From positions 69,453-133,452 of the forward strand of contig JAHJOK010000005.1 of assembly GCA_018820205.1 (NCBI GenBank): a stretch of 64,000 bases of DNA, read 5' to 3'. This document shows positions 39,831-49,219 of this stretch, piece after piece (positions within the stretch are counted from its first letter, which is position 1; every line of letters begins with the position of its first letter). Origin of the DNA: Alphaproteobacteria bacterium (GTDB lineage Bacteria; Pseudomonadota; Alphaproteobacteria; Caulobacterales; Caulobacteraceae). Both the position numbers and the translations under genes were made by a program. The notes beneath the pieces were generated by a model that saw only the letters and a list, made by a program, of their open reading frames with translations, made no database searches and had not been told where the DNA came from.

Positions 39831-40303
39831 GACTGCGCCATCCCGTTCATCAGTTGCAGCGTCGCCCGCGCCACCAGCTTCTCCACGGCGGCGACCGTCA
39901 TGTCTTCCGAGACCGCAATTTCCGCATAACTCATATTCTCTAGACGTCGTTTCAGAAGGACGCGGCGCGTGCGCTCCGGCAACTGAGCCAGCCCCAGGGA
40001 GACCTGACGCAACCGCGCCCGCGCCTCCACGATCCGGGCCGGATCGGGGGCCGCGTCGGCGATCTCGTGAACCTCCGCGCCGTCCGCGAACGGCATATGC
40101 CGGCGGCGGCGCTGTCGGTCGATCGACAGGTTCACCGCGGCCCTGACCAGCAGCGCCTCCTGGGACCGGACCGCATGGGACCGCTGATACTGCTCCACCT
40201 TCAGAAACGCCTCGTGCACGATCTCATCGGCGTCCTGATCGGCAATTCCCTGCCGCAGGACGGCCCGCCTGGCCTTTCTGAGAATGTCCACGAGTGTCGC
40301 CAT
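39827..40303 (-). CDS. ECF (FecI-like) RNA polymerase sigma factor
   Basis: 'DADEIVHEAFL', 'NLSIDRQRR', 'LPERTRRVLL..MSYAEIA..AVEK'; stop overlaps the fecR start. Confidence 0.9.
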   Translation of the reverse strand: MATLVDILRKARRAVLRQGIADQDADEIVHEAFLKVEQYQRSHAVRSQEALLVRAAVNLSIDRQRRRRHMPFADGAEVHEIADAAPDPARIVEARARLRQVSLGLAQLPERTRRVLLKRRLENMSYAEIAVSEDMTVAAVEKLVARATLQLMNGMAQS

Positions 40304-40327
40304 GGGAAACCCTGCCTCAGTCCTTAC

Positions 40328-40354
40328 AGACGTTCGGGGACGGCAAATCCGACA
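40328..40354 (-). promoter_or_regulatory. Putative ECF sigma promoter TGTCGG-N16-CGTCT (sigma gene)
   Basis: Same motif and spacing as 38818-38844; 24 nt upstream of the ATG. Confidence 0.65.
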
Positions 40355-40483
40355 TGAGCTTCGCACCGGATCCCTGGGAAAGCCGCGAGATCGCTGCATG
40401 ACCGGCCGAAACGGGCGTCTGCACCGCCTGTCGGAACACAGCGGGATCGAGGCCTGCGTGGCCGTCATTCACCAGGAACGACC

Positions 40484-43400
40484 TCATTCAACGGTGACCG
40501 TATGCCCGGCCTCATAGCGTTCGAAGGTCTTCGCGACGGACGGCGCAAGCCGGATCGCCGAAGCGATGTCCGATTGCGCCCGGCTCTCATTGCCCAGCGC
40601 GCGCTCCGCCAGACCACGCCCGTACAGCGAGGCGGCCTGGGTCGGCGCAAGGGACAGCGCCCGGTCATAGACCTCGATGGCCTCGGCGGCGCGCCCGAGT
40701 TGCAGCAGGACCATGCCGCGACTGTCCAGAAAGCCCGCCTCCTCCGGCCGCAAGGCGATCGCGGCGTCGCAGTCGCGCATCGCCTGTTCCAGATCGAAGC
40801 CGGCGAGCGCCTGCACCCAGCAGATGTTGTTGAGAAGCGCCGGGCTCTGGCCGGCGGCGGACCGGACCAGCACGATATCCGTCCGCGCGCCCTCCTCGTC
40901 GCCCTGGCGAAGACGCATGTCCGCCCGGCCGATCAACAGCACGGGGTGATCGGGTTCCTGTTCCAGACCGGCCGAATACGCCGCCTCGGCGGCGGCCGCA
41001 TCACCGACCGTCGCCAGGACCTCGGCCTGAACACGCCGGACCTCGATGTCGTCGGGCATCGCGGCCGCCAGTGCGTCCGCCTGGGTGCGAGCCTGCTCCA
41101 AACGCCCGGCTTCCACGAGAATGGCGATCTCTCGCATATCGGGCTGCGGCGAGCCTGGCAGCAGCGCCTTCACCGCCCTGACGTCTTCCAGCGCCCTGTC
41201 CCACTGCTCCAGCGCCGCATAGGCGGAACTGCGCATGCCCAGGATGAAGGGGTCTTTCGGGGCGCTCCGCAGCGCCAGCGAAAACTCGACAACGGCGTCC
41301 AGCGCGCGCTCCTGCTGAAGCGCAACAAGACCCCGTCCCGTCATGGCGACGCTCTCGCTCGGATCAAGCTCCAGCGCCTTGTCGAAATCGGCGGCCGCCT
41401 CGGCGTGTTGTCCCTGCCAGAACAGAACGATGCCCCGGTTCGCATAGGCGTTCGCATTGCCCGGCTCGGCCTGGATCGCCTGATCGAACGCGGCGATGGC
41501 TTCGTCCGGTCGGCGGTTCTGGCTCAACGCCAGGCCTCTGCCGATCAGTTCCGTCGCTGTCCCCCCGCCCTCGTCGGCCAGGGCGTCCAGATCGTCAGCC
41601 GAGGCGTAATAGGAGGCCGGCGCCGCGATGATCGCCCGCTCTCCCGCCAGCCGCGCCAGCGGATCGACCGCGGCGAGCCGTTCCGGTTCAGTCATCTCGG
41701 GTCGCAGCGAGAGCGTCTCTCGCTCCATCACCACATCCGCCCCATCGCGGGTGACCGTTCGCCGAAAGCGATAGGCCGCCGACTCCTGATCGATATCCGT
41801 TGCGGCGACGGTGAAACCTTCGCCCCCATCGGGCAGGGTCAATGTGGTCCTGAAGCGCGAGAAGCCCGGATAGTTCGTGGTCCTCGGCAGAGTCTGGAAT
41901 GGACCCTCGGCACGTGCGTCGCCCGCTGTCCAGAAGATGCGTGATACGGGGATCTCCGCGCGCCTTGATCCCATCTCCGTCCAGTTCAAGGCCAGGTCGC
42001 CCGTCATCGTCATCCGTAGTTCGTTGCGCGCCTCGTCATAGGTCGAACCGACCTGCGTAACCTGGACATCGTCGAGCAGGGATTCCCAGACAGCGATCAT
42101 ATAGGCGTCGCGCTGTGCGGCGGTTGCGACCGAGAACTGGCTTTGGGTGATGGTCGCGTTGTCGCCGCGCAGCAGAACGGAGCCGGTGACCGGCCCCGGC
42201 GCATACAGACCGCCCGTCAGGTCGATGGCGACGGCGGTCTCGCGCAACGCGGTTTCCGGCGGCGTGTCTTCGATATGCACCAGTGCGGCCCCGGCGGGAC
42301 GAAGCGGCAGAACCCAGCCGAACCGGATCGGGTCCAGTGGCGTCAGCGTCCGGTCTCCGATCCGCGTGCCGTCCAGCCAGACGGTCTCGCCCTCGATCCT
42401 GGCTTCGACGATGACATGATCGAACGCCGAGACGCTGGGCAGATGCTGATCGAGCGTCGCGACGGCGGTGCTCACAAGGGCCGGATGGGTCTCGATCCCG
42501 AGCCCTCTCAGAAGCGCCATCAGGAGGACGGTCTTGGCCTTGCAGTCTCCCAGCCGCCGCGCCCAGGTTTCGTCCGCTGAGGCCGGAACCAGGCCGCCCT
42601 CGCCCAGCGCCAGGGCCAGATAGCGCACGTCGTCCTGAACCAGCCGCAAGGCCGCCAGGGCCTGATCCGCCGGAGCGGCGTGTGCGCTACGGATTCTGTC
42701 GATCTCGGCATGGAGAGGCGATTCCGCACCCAGAACCGCAGCCTGAGCGTAGAGGGGATCGAAGATCGCCGCCAGTTCGCCCCACGACGCATAGTCGCTG
42801 ACCTCCAACCAGCGGACATGGTGAAAGCGCAGCGGCGCATCGTCCGGAATGGCCACGGGCTCAAAATTCTGCTGATGGATTTCGATCTCGGCCTGTCGTC
42901 CCCGGCGCGCGATCCGAGGGGTCGGCCAGTCGTCGGACGCCTTCAGCCGCACATCCATCTCGGCCGGCCACGAGCCTCGCATGGAATAGTTCTCGACCAA
43001 GGCCGGAATGGCGGCGCTCGCGGCGAACTCGACATGTTCGCCCAGCACCGGGATCCTGGTCACGGTCGAAAACGCCCATTCGATCCGGTCCCCGACCCGC
43101 AGGTCGTTCAACTGCAACGTCGCCGTCAGCATGCCGTCGATGATGGCGGACTCCAGGTTCTGTTCGCGGCGCAGGGTGGTGAACGACCGGCCGGCAAGGG
43201 CGTCGATCCGCTGGTCTCCCCGGAGGATTTCGACGGAGTGGACGGTCGCGTCCTGAAAGGCCGGGTTCCACGGGATGACTATGGTGCCCAAGGCCGTGAC
43301 GGCCTGGGTCGAATACAGGGCCGTCCGTGTTCTGACGAAGGTGCGCCAACCCGTCTCGTCGAGGTGGAACTGCTGATCCACCAGCTCGAAGCGGATGGCG

Positions 43401-43543
43401 TCTCCGCCCAGCGGCGGCGGCGACGCGATGGATGCTGGCGCACTTCGGACCCATGAGGGGATCTCGCCGCGCCCGATCTCGTCATCTGCATGCGCGACCG
43501 TCGAGAGGCACAGAGCGGCCAGGATCGACAGTATTGCTCGCAT
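40484..43543 (-). CDS. Exported DUF3857 / transglutaminase-like / TPR protein
   Basis: Signal peptide, 'LRVGD.IEW', triad motifs 'GDCKAK', 'FDHVIV', 'WLDGT', C-terminal TPRs. Confidence 0.88.
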   Translation of the reverse strand: MRAILSILAALCLSTVAHADDEIGRGEIPSWVRSAPASIASPPPLGGDAIRFELVDQQFHLDETGWRTFVRTRTALYSTQAVTALGTIVIPWNPAFQDATVHSVEILRGDQRIDALAGRSFTTLRREQNLESAIIDGMLTATLQLNDLRVGDRIEWAFSTVTRIPVLGEHVEFAASAAIPALVENYSMRGSWPAEMDVRLKASDDWPTPRIARRGRQAEIEIHQQNFEPVAIPDDAPLRFHHVRWLEVSDYASWGELAAIFDPLYAQAAVLGAESPLHAEIDRIRSAHAAPADQALAALRLVQDDVRYLALALGEGGLVPASADETWARRLGDCKAKTVLLMALLRGLGIETHPALVSTAVATLDQHLPSVSAFDHVIVEARIEGETVWLDGTRIGDRTLTPLDPIRFGWVLPLRPAGAALVHIEDTPPETALRETAVAIDLTGGLYAPGPVTGSVLLRGDNATITQSQFSVATAAQRDAYMIAVWESLLDDVQVTQVGSTYDEARNELRMTMTGDLALNWTEMGSRRAEIPVSRIFWTAGDARAEGPFQTLPRTTNYPGFSRFRTTLTLPDGGEGFTVAATDIDQESAAYRFRRTVTRDGADVVMERETLSLRPEMTEPERLAAVDPLARLAGERAIIAAPASYYASADDLDALADEGGGTATELIGRGLALSQNRRPDEAIAAFDQAIQAEPGNANAYANRGIVLFWQGQHAEAAADFDKALELDPSESVAMTGRGLVALQQERALDAVVEFSLALRSAPKDPFILGMRSSAYAALEQWDRALEDVRAVKALLPGSPQPDMREIAILVEAGRLEQARTQADALAAAMPDDIEVRRVQAEVLATVGDAAAAEAAYSAGLEQEPDHPVLLIGRADMRLRQGDEEGARTDIVLVRSAAGQSPALLNNICWVQALAGFDLEQAMRDCDAAIALRPEEAGFLDSRGMVLLQLGRAAEAIEVYDRALSLAPTQAASLYGRGLAERALGNESRAQSDIASAIRLAPSVAKTFERYEAGHTVTVE

Positions 43544-43717
43544 GACGTCCCCCTTACTGTGAGGCTGCCGCCTCGGCCCTCTCTAACATTGAAACGACGC
43601 TCGCCGAGCCCCGCATCGACGGAGGGGCTGCTCGGAGAGCCGCAGGAACACCGCCCGATAGACCCTGAATCGGCCGCCCGGGGGTGCCCATGCAGCTCAT
43701 CCCTATGGACATATCGA

Positions 43718-43731
43718 TGTTAGCGCTCCCA
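43718..43731. promoter_or_regulatory. LacI-family operator resembling the Caulobacter XylR site
   Basis: TGTTAGCGCTCCCA, near-palindrome with central AGCGCT, 42 nt upstream of the MFS-GH43 operon. Confidence 0.7.
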
Positions 43732-43773
43732 CAGTAGGGCGCAGTCATTCGCTCGAGAGATGACGCGACAGGG

Positions 43774-45069
43774 ATGCGGGACGTGTTCAAACGGGGTCAT
43801 CTTCGCTGGTGGATCATCGGCCTGGTCATGCTGGGCGCGACGATAAACTATCTGACGCGCAGCACGATGGGGGTGGCCGCGCCGACCCTGACCGAGGAAC
43901 TGGGCGTTACGACCCAGCAGTATTCCTGGATCACCTCGGCCTTCCAGCTGGGCATCATGATGCAGCCGGTGGCCGGCTACATCCTCGACACCATCGGGCT
44001 GAAGACAGGGTTCGCCCTGTTCGCGACGGCCTGGTCGCTGATCACCATGGCCCACGGCCTGGCCAACTCGTGGCCGATGTTCGCGGGTCTGCGCGGCCTG
44101 CTGGGTCTGGCCGAAGGCTCGGCCAACCCCGCAGGCATGAAGGCGGTGTCGGAATGGTTTCCGGCGCGCGAGCGGGGGCTGGCGGGCGGGGTGTTCAACA
44201 TCGGCGCGTCGGTGGGATCGATGCTGGCGCCGCCGCTCGTGGCCTGGGCCATCCTGACCTACAACTGGCAGGCGGCCTTCTTCATCACCGGCGCCCTGGG
44301 ACTGGTCTGGGTCGTGCTGTGGCTGGCCCTGTACAGGTCGCCCGAAACCCATCCGGGGTTGAGCGAGGACGAGCGGCGCCTCATCTCCGAGGGCCGCGAG
44401 GCCCATCTCGAGGCCGACGATTCACGCCCCTCGCCCTGGCGCATCCTGCGGACCCGCAATTTCTGGGGGATCGCCCTGCCCCGGTTCCTGGCCGATCCGA
44501 CCTGGGGCACCTTGGCCTTCTGGGTGCCGCTGTATCTGACCACGGTGCGCGGGTTCGACCTGACCCAGATCGCCATGTTCGCCTGGTTGCCGTTCGTGGC
44601 CGCCGACCTCGGCTGCCTGTTCGGCCCCACCCTGGCGCTTTTCTTCCAGAAGCGAGGCCTCAGCCTGATCAACGCCCGGCGCGGCGCCTTCACCGTCGGC
44701 GCCGTCATGATGATCGGCGTGGCCTTCGTCGGCTTCGTGGACAGCCCCTATCTGGCCATCCTGCTGCTGTGTCTGGGCGGCTTCGCCCACCAGACCCTGT
44801 CGGTGACCGTCATCACCATGTCGTCGGACCTGTTCAGGCGCAACGAGGTGGCCACGGTCACGGGCATGGCCGGGACCTGCGGCAATTTCGGCGTGCTGGT
44901 CTTCTCGCTGCTGATCGGCGCCCTTGTCGTCAGCGTCGGATACACGCCCTTCTTCGTCGCCCTGGCGGTGCTGGACCTGATCGGGGCGGCCCTGCTGTGG
45001 ACCCTGGTGCGCGATCCGGACCGGCCGGCCGCTCCCGATCAGGGCGCGGTCTCCCAGGCCACCCCATGA
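43774..45069 (+). CDS. MFS transporter, ExuT/hexuronate (ACS) family
   Basis: 'LRWWII.L..L.TINYLTR', 'EWFPARERG.A.G.FN.G', 'RFLADP.W..FW.P.YL'. Confidence 0.88.
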   Translation: MRDVFKRGHLRWWIIGLVMLGATINYLTRSTMGVAAPTLTEELGVTTQQYSWITSAFQLGIMMQPVAGYILDTIGLKTGFALFATAWSLITMAHGLANSWPMFAGLRGLLGLAEGSANPAGMKAVSEWFPARERGLAGGVFNIGASVGSMLAPPLVAWAILTYNWQAAFFITGALGLVWVVLWLALYRSPETHPGLSEDERRLISEGREAHLEADDSRPSPWRILRTRNFWGIALPRFLADPTWGTLAFWVPLYLTTVRGFDLTQIAMFAWLPFVAADLGCLFGPTLALFFQKRGLSLINARRGAFTVGAVMMIGVAFVGFVDSPYLAILLLCLGGFAHQTLSVTVITMSSDLFRRNEVATVTGMAGTCGNFGVLVFSLLIGALVVSVGYTPFFVALAVLDLIGAALLWTLVRDPDRPAAPDQGAVSQATP

Positions 45070-46685
45070 CGGCCGAGGCGATTCGCAATCCGATCCTGAG
45101 GGGGTTCAACCCCGATCCGTCGATCTGCCGGGTCGGCGAGGACTACTATATCGTTACCTCGACCTTCGAATGGTTTCCCGGAGTTCAGATCCACCACTCC
45201 CGCGACCTGGCGAACTGGACCCTGATGGCCCGGCCCCTGAACCGCAGCAGCCAGCTGAACATGCTTGGCGCGCCCGATTCCTGCGGCGTCTGGGCGCCGT
45301 GCCTGACTTATGCCGACGGCCTGTTCCACCTGATCTACACCGATGTGAAGCGCTATGGCCGGACATCGGTCGGCGGGGCGTCGGGCGCGTCGCTGCGCGA
45401 CTTCCACAACTATCTGGTCACCAGCCCGACCATCGACGGCGACTGGTCCGATCCGGTCCACCTGAACAGCAGCGGCTTCGATCCCTCGCTGTTCCATGAC
45501 GACGACGGCCGCAAATACCTGGTCAACATGCTGTGGGACCATCGGGCGGGGGCCAACCGCTTCGCCGGCATCGTGCTGCAGGAATACTCCCCGGCCGAGC
45601 GGCGCCTGGTCGGCGAGCGGCGAGTGATCTTCCCCGGCACCGCCCTGGGCCTGACCGAGGCGCCCCACATCTACCGCCGGGACGGCTGGTACTATCTGCT
45701 GACGGCCGAGGGCGGCACCGGCTGGGGCCACGCCGCCACCCTGGCCCGCTCGCGCAGCCTGGACGGTCCCTATGAGGTCCATCCGGACGGCCCCATCCTG
45801 ACGGCCCGCGACCGACCGGACGCGCCGCTGCAGCGCGTGGGGCACGCCGACCTCGTGGAGGGGCCGGACGGGCGAACCTGGGCCGTCTATCTGTGCGGCC
45901 GACCGCTGCCGAACCGGGGCCGCTGCGTCCTGGGGCGGGAGACGGCGATCCAGCCGATGGTCTGGGGCGAAGACGGCTGGCTGAGGACCGAGGCCGGCGA
46001 CGCCCTGCCCGTGCTGGACATCAACGCCGGCGAGGCCCTGGCGCCGGACGCGTCCGAACTCTGTCACTTCGATGAATCTGAGCTGCCGATCAGTTTTCAG
46101 TGGTTGCGCTCGCCGTGGCCGGACGAGCTGTTCTCGCTGACCGCCCGGCCGGGCGCCTTGCGTCTGTTCGGGCGCGAGAGCTTGGGAAGCGCATTTCGCC
46201 AGTCGCTGGTGGCGCGACGCCAGCAGTCGTTCTGGTTCACGGCGACGACGGCGATGACCTTCGATCCCGCCCACTATCAGCAGGCCGCCGGACTGATCTG
46301 CTACTACGGCGCGACCAAATTCCATTATCTGCATGTGACCCACGACGAGAGCCGGGGGCGGGTTCTGCAGGTCATGTCCGCCCTGCCGGATCAGGCCCAG
46401 GCCGACGCCTTCACCCCCGCCGTCCCCATTCCTGCGGGACGGATCGATCTGCGGGTCGATGTCGACGAGGAGCGGTTGCGGTTCGCATGGCGCATCGGCG
46501 AAGGCGACTGGATCCGGCTGCCCCAGGTGTTCGACGCCAGCATCCTGTCCGACGAGGCCGCCCAGCCCGGCACGGCCAATTTCACGGGCGCCTTCGTCGG
46601 CATGGCCTGCCAGGACATGTCCGGCGCCGGCGCGCACGCCGACTTCCATCGCTTCGACTACCGCGAACGCCCCTTCCGGAAATGA
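45066..46685 (+). CDS. GH43 beta-xylosidase / arabinofuranosidase with C-terminal ConA domain
   Basis: 'IRNPILRGFNPDPSI', 'STFEWFPG', 'WAP', 'GFDPSLF', 'TEAPH', 'FTGAFVG'. ATG overlaps the MFS stop; no signal peptide. Confidence 0.93.
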   Translation: MTAEAIRNPILRGFNPDPSICRVGEDYYIVTSTFEWFPGVQIHHSRDLANWTLMARPLNRSSQLNMLGAPDSCGVWAPCLTYADGLFHLIYTDVKRYGRTSVGGASGASLRDFHNYLVTSPTIDGDWSDPVHLNSSGFDPSLFHDDDGRKYLVNMLWDHRAGANRFAGIVLQEYSPAERRLVGERRVIFPGTALGLTEAPHIYRRDGWYYLLTAEGGTGWGHAATLARSRSLDGPYEVHPDGPILTARDRPDAPLQRVGHADLVEGPDGRTWAVYLCGRPLPNRGRCVLGRETAIQPMVWGEDGWLRTEAGDALPVLDINAGEALAPDASELCHFDESELPISFQWLRSPWPDELFSLTARPGALRLFGRESLGSAFRQSLVARRQQSFWFTATTAMTFDPAHYQQAAGLICYYGATKFHYLHVTHDESRGRVLQVMSALPDQAQADAFTPAVPIPAGRIDLRVDVDEERLRFAWRIGEGDWIRLPQVFDASILSDEAAQPGTANFTGAFVGMACQDMSGAGAHADFHRFDYRERPFRK

Positions 46686-46713
46686 TGACGCCTGCAAAAA
46701 GGAAAGGAAGACC

Positions 46714-47817
46714 ATGACCCTCGTCGCCAACCGCCGCAGCCTGTTGAAACTGGGTGGGCTCGCATCCCTGGGATGGGCGCCGACCGCCGCGCTGGCTTCG
46801 CAATCCGGCCCGCGCAAGCTGGGCTACGCCATCATGGGGCTGGGGATGTACGCCGATGTCATCCTGCCCCGGTTCGCAGAATGTCGGCATTCGCGGGTCA
46901 CGGCCCTGGTCAGCGGGTCGATGGACAAGGCCCGGCGCTACGCCACGCAGTATGGCGTACCGGAAGGCGGCCTCTACACCTACGACACCTTTGACACGAT
47001 CCGGGACAATCCGGACGTCGATATCGTCTATGTGATCCTGCCCAACGGCCTGCACCACGAATACACCCTGCGGGCGGCGGCGGCGGGCAAGCACGTCCTG
47101 TGCGAGAAGCCCATGGCCAATACGGCCGCCGAGGCCGAAGCGATGATCGCCGCCTGTCGGGCCGCCGACCGCAAGCTGATGATCGGCTATCGCTGCCATT
47201 TCGAGGCCAACAACCGCGAGGCCATGCGTATCGTGCGCGCGGGCGAGATCGGGACGCCCCGGATCGTCACCGCCGAAACCGGCTTCAACATCGGCGACCC
47301 GACCCAGTGGCGTCTGAACCGCGCCCTGGCGGGCGGGGGGTCGCTAATGGACATCGGCATCTACAGCCTGCAGGCCGCCCGCTACCTGACCGGTGAGGAG
47401 CCCATCGAGGTGTCTGCCGTCGAGTCGACCGACCGGTCCGATATCCGTTTCAGGGAGGTCGAGGACACGATCAATTTCATGCTGAAATTCCCCTCGGGCG
47501 TGGTCGCCGATTGCGTCTCTTCATACGGTTCGGGCCACAACCGCTACCGGGTGGTCGGAACCGAGGGTTGGCTGGATGCGGAGCCGGCGACGGCCTACGA
47601 CGGCAACCGGATACGTCTGCGCCGGGACGGCCAGACCGTCGATCACCCCGCGCCGGCAATGCCGCTCAATCAGTTCTCGGGCATGCTGGACCACCTGTCC
47701 CAGTGCGTCATGACCGACAGCGAACCCATCGTCGCAGGCGAAGAAGGCCTGCGCGACATGCGGATCATCGAGGCCATCTATCAGTCTGCGCGAGAGCGCC
47801 GCACCGTCACGCTTTGA
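46714..47817 (+). CDS. Tat-exported Gfo/Idh/MocA oxidoreductase (glucose-fructose / aldose-aldose oxidoreductase-like)
   Basis: 'NRRSLL' Tat motif, 'LGYAIMGLG', 'VYVILPN', 'KHVLCEKP', 'GGGSLMDIGIY'. Confidence 0.88.
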   Translation: MTLVANRRSLLKLGGLASLGWAPTAALASQSGPRKLGYAIMGLGMYADVILPRFAECRHSRVTALVSGSMDKARRYATQYGVPEGGLYTYDTFDTIRDNPDVDIVYVILPNGLHHEYTLRAAAAGKHVLCEKPMANTAAEAEAMIAACRAADRKLMIGYRCHFEANNREAMRIVRAGEIGTPRIVTAETGFNIGDPTQWRLNRALAGGGSLMDIGIYSLQAARYLTGEEPIEVSAVESTDRSDIRFREVEDTINFMLKFPSGVVADCVSSYGSGHNRYRVVGTEGWLDAEPATAYDGNRIRLRRDGQTVDHPAPAMPLNQFSGMLDHLSQCVMTDSEPIVAGEEGLRDMRIIEAIYQSARERRTVTL

Positions 47818-49093
47818 CGCGACCCGGCGTCAGGCGCGGCAGAACCACGAACACCAGTCCCGCCGCCACCGTCAGGCAGGCGGCCGGAAACAGCATCGGC
47901 AGTATGTCGCTGCCGGTCGCCTGTTTGATCGCGGGCACCACCGTCTGCGCGACGAAGCCGCCCAGATTGCCGATCGAGTTGATCGCCGCGATCCCGGCCG
48001 CCGCCCCTGCCCCGCGCAGGAAGGTCGGCGGCAGGCTCCAGAACACCGGCTGAGCGGCGAAGATGGCGGGCGCCGCGATGCACAGCAGGGCGAATTTGGC
48101 CACCGCCCCCGGCACGATGACGCTGAGCACCAGACAGGCCGCGCCGACCAGGGCCGGGCCGGCGATATGCCAGGCGCCGTGCCCCACCCGTGCGGCGTGG
48201 CGCGGCAGCAACCACAGGGCCAGACCAACCAGTATCCAGGGAATGACGTTGAGCATGCCGTTGACCGTGTTCGACACGCCGAACCCCTGCACCACCGTCG
48301 GCAGCCAGTAGCTGAGCCCATAGGCCGCCAGCGGGAAGCCCACATACATGCCCGCCAGCATCAGCACGCGGGGATCCAGCATCGCCCGCCAGGTCGAGGC
48401 GTGGCCGGCGTCCGGCGTGGCGTCCGCCTCGGCCTGCAGCGTGCGTCCGATCCAGGCCTTCTGCTCGGGCGCCAGCCAGGGCGCGGTCGACGGGCCGTCC
48501 GGCAACCGCAACAGCACATAGGGCGCCAGCAGGACCGCCGGGACGCCCGTGGCGATGAACACCCACTGCCAGCCCGCGAGACCGAACAGCCCATCCATGT
48601 CCAGCAGGGCGCCGCCGATCAGGGCGCCGACGGCGTTGGCCGCCGCGCTGGCGATCATGAAGGCGCCGATCATCCGCCCGCGATGCGCCTGCGGATACCA
48701 CAGGGTCAGCACATAGAGGACGCCGGGAAAGAAGCCCGCCTCGGCCGCGCCGAGCAGGAAACGCAGGATGTAGAACATCGCCGGACTGCTGGTGAAACCC
48801 AAGGCCACGGTGATCAGGCCCCAGGTCGCCATGATCCGCGTGAACCAGACCCGCGCCCCGACCTTGGCCAGCACAAGATTGGCCGGCGCCTCGAACAGGA
48901 AATAGCCGATGAAGAACAGGCCCGCGCCCAGACCATAGACGGCCTCGCTCATCCCGAGGGCGTCGGCCATCTGCAGCTTGGCGTAGGAGACGTTCTGCCG
49001 ATCGATATAGGCGATCAGATACATCAGACAGAACAGCGGCATCAGCCGGCCCGTGATCCGCCGCAGGGTCGCCGCCCCGATATCCTGGGTCAT
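47807..49093 (-). CDS. MFS transporter, ACS family (TtuB/RhmT-like organic acid uptake)
   Basis: 'RLMPL..YLIAYIDRQNV', 'GLFFIGYFLFEAP.N', 'AEAGFFPG', 'INSIGNLGGF'. Confidence 0.9.
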   Translation of the reverse strand: MTQDIGAATLRRITGRLMPLFCLMYLIAYIDRQNVSYAKLQMADALGMSEAVYGLGAGLFFIGYFLFEAPANLVLAKVGARVWFTRIMATWGLITVALGFTSSPAMFYILRFLLGAAEAGFFPGVLYVLTLWYPQAHRGRMIGAFMIASAAANAVGALIGGALLDMDGLFGLAGWQWVFIATGVPAVLLAPYVLLRLPDGPSTAPWLAPEQKAWIGRTLQAEADATPDAGHASTWRAMLDPRVLMLAGMYVGFPLAAYGLSYWLPTVVQGFGVSNTVNGMLNVIPWILVGLALWLLPRHAARVGHGAWHIAGPALVGAACLVLSVIVPGAVAKFALLCIAAPAIFAAQPVFWSLPPTFLRGAGAAAGIAAINSIGNLGGFVAQTVVPAIKQATGSDILPMLFPAACLTVAAGLVFVVLPRLTPGRVKA

Positions 49094-49194
49094 GTCCGCA
49101 TCCTCCAATGCGCCGTCGTTCTGAAAGCGGGACGCCGGAGGCGATCCCGGCTTTGCGACGGTCGAACCCTGGTTTAGAGGTAAGCAAAGCGTGT

Positions 49195-49208
49195 TGACAA
49201 CGCTGTCA
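49195..49208. promoter_or_regulatory. LacI-family operator palindrome
   Basis: TGACAACGCTGTCA (TGACA-N4-TGTCA, central CG) in the divergent MFS/GH3 gap. Confidence 0.65.
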
Positions 49209-49219
49209 GTGGGGAAGTC

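Noticed and set aside
40304-40483. Lasso/RiPP precursor near the ECF-FecR-receptor-peptidase module
   Set aside because: No small ORF with a convincing RBS and leader motif, and no cyclase, B-protein or other maturase in the window.
43809-45065. 958-aa GH43 fusion ORF
   Set aside because: The upstream part is an off-frame overlap with the ExuT-like gene; GH43 starts at 45066.
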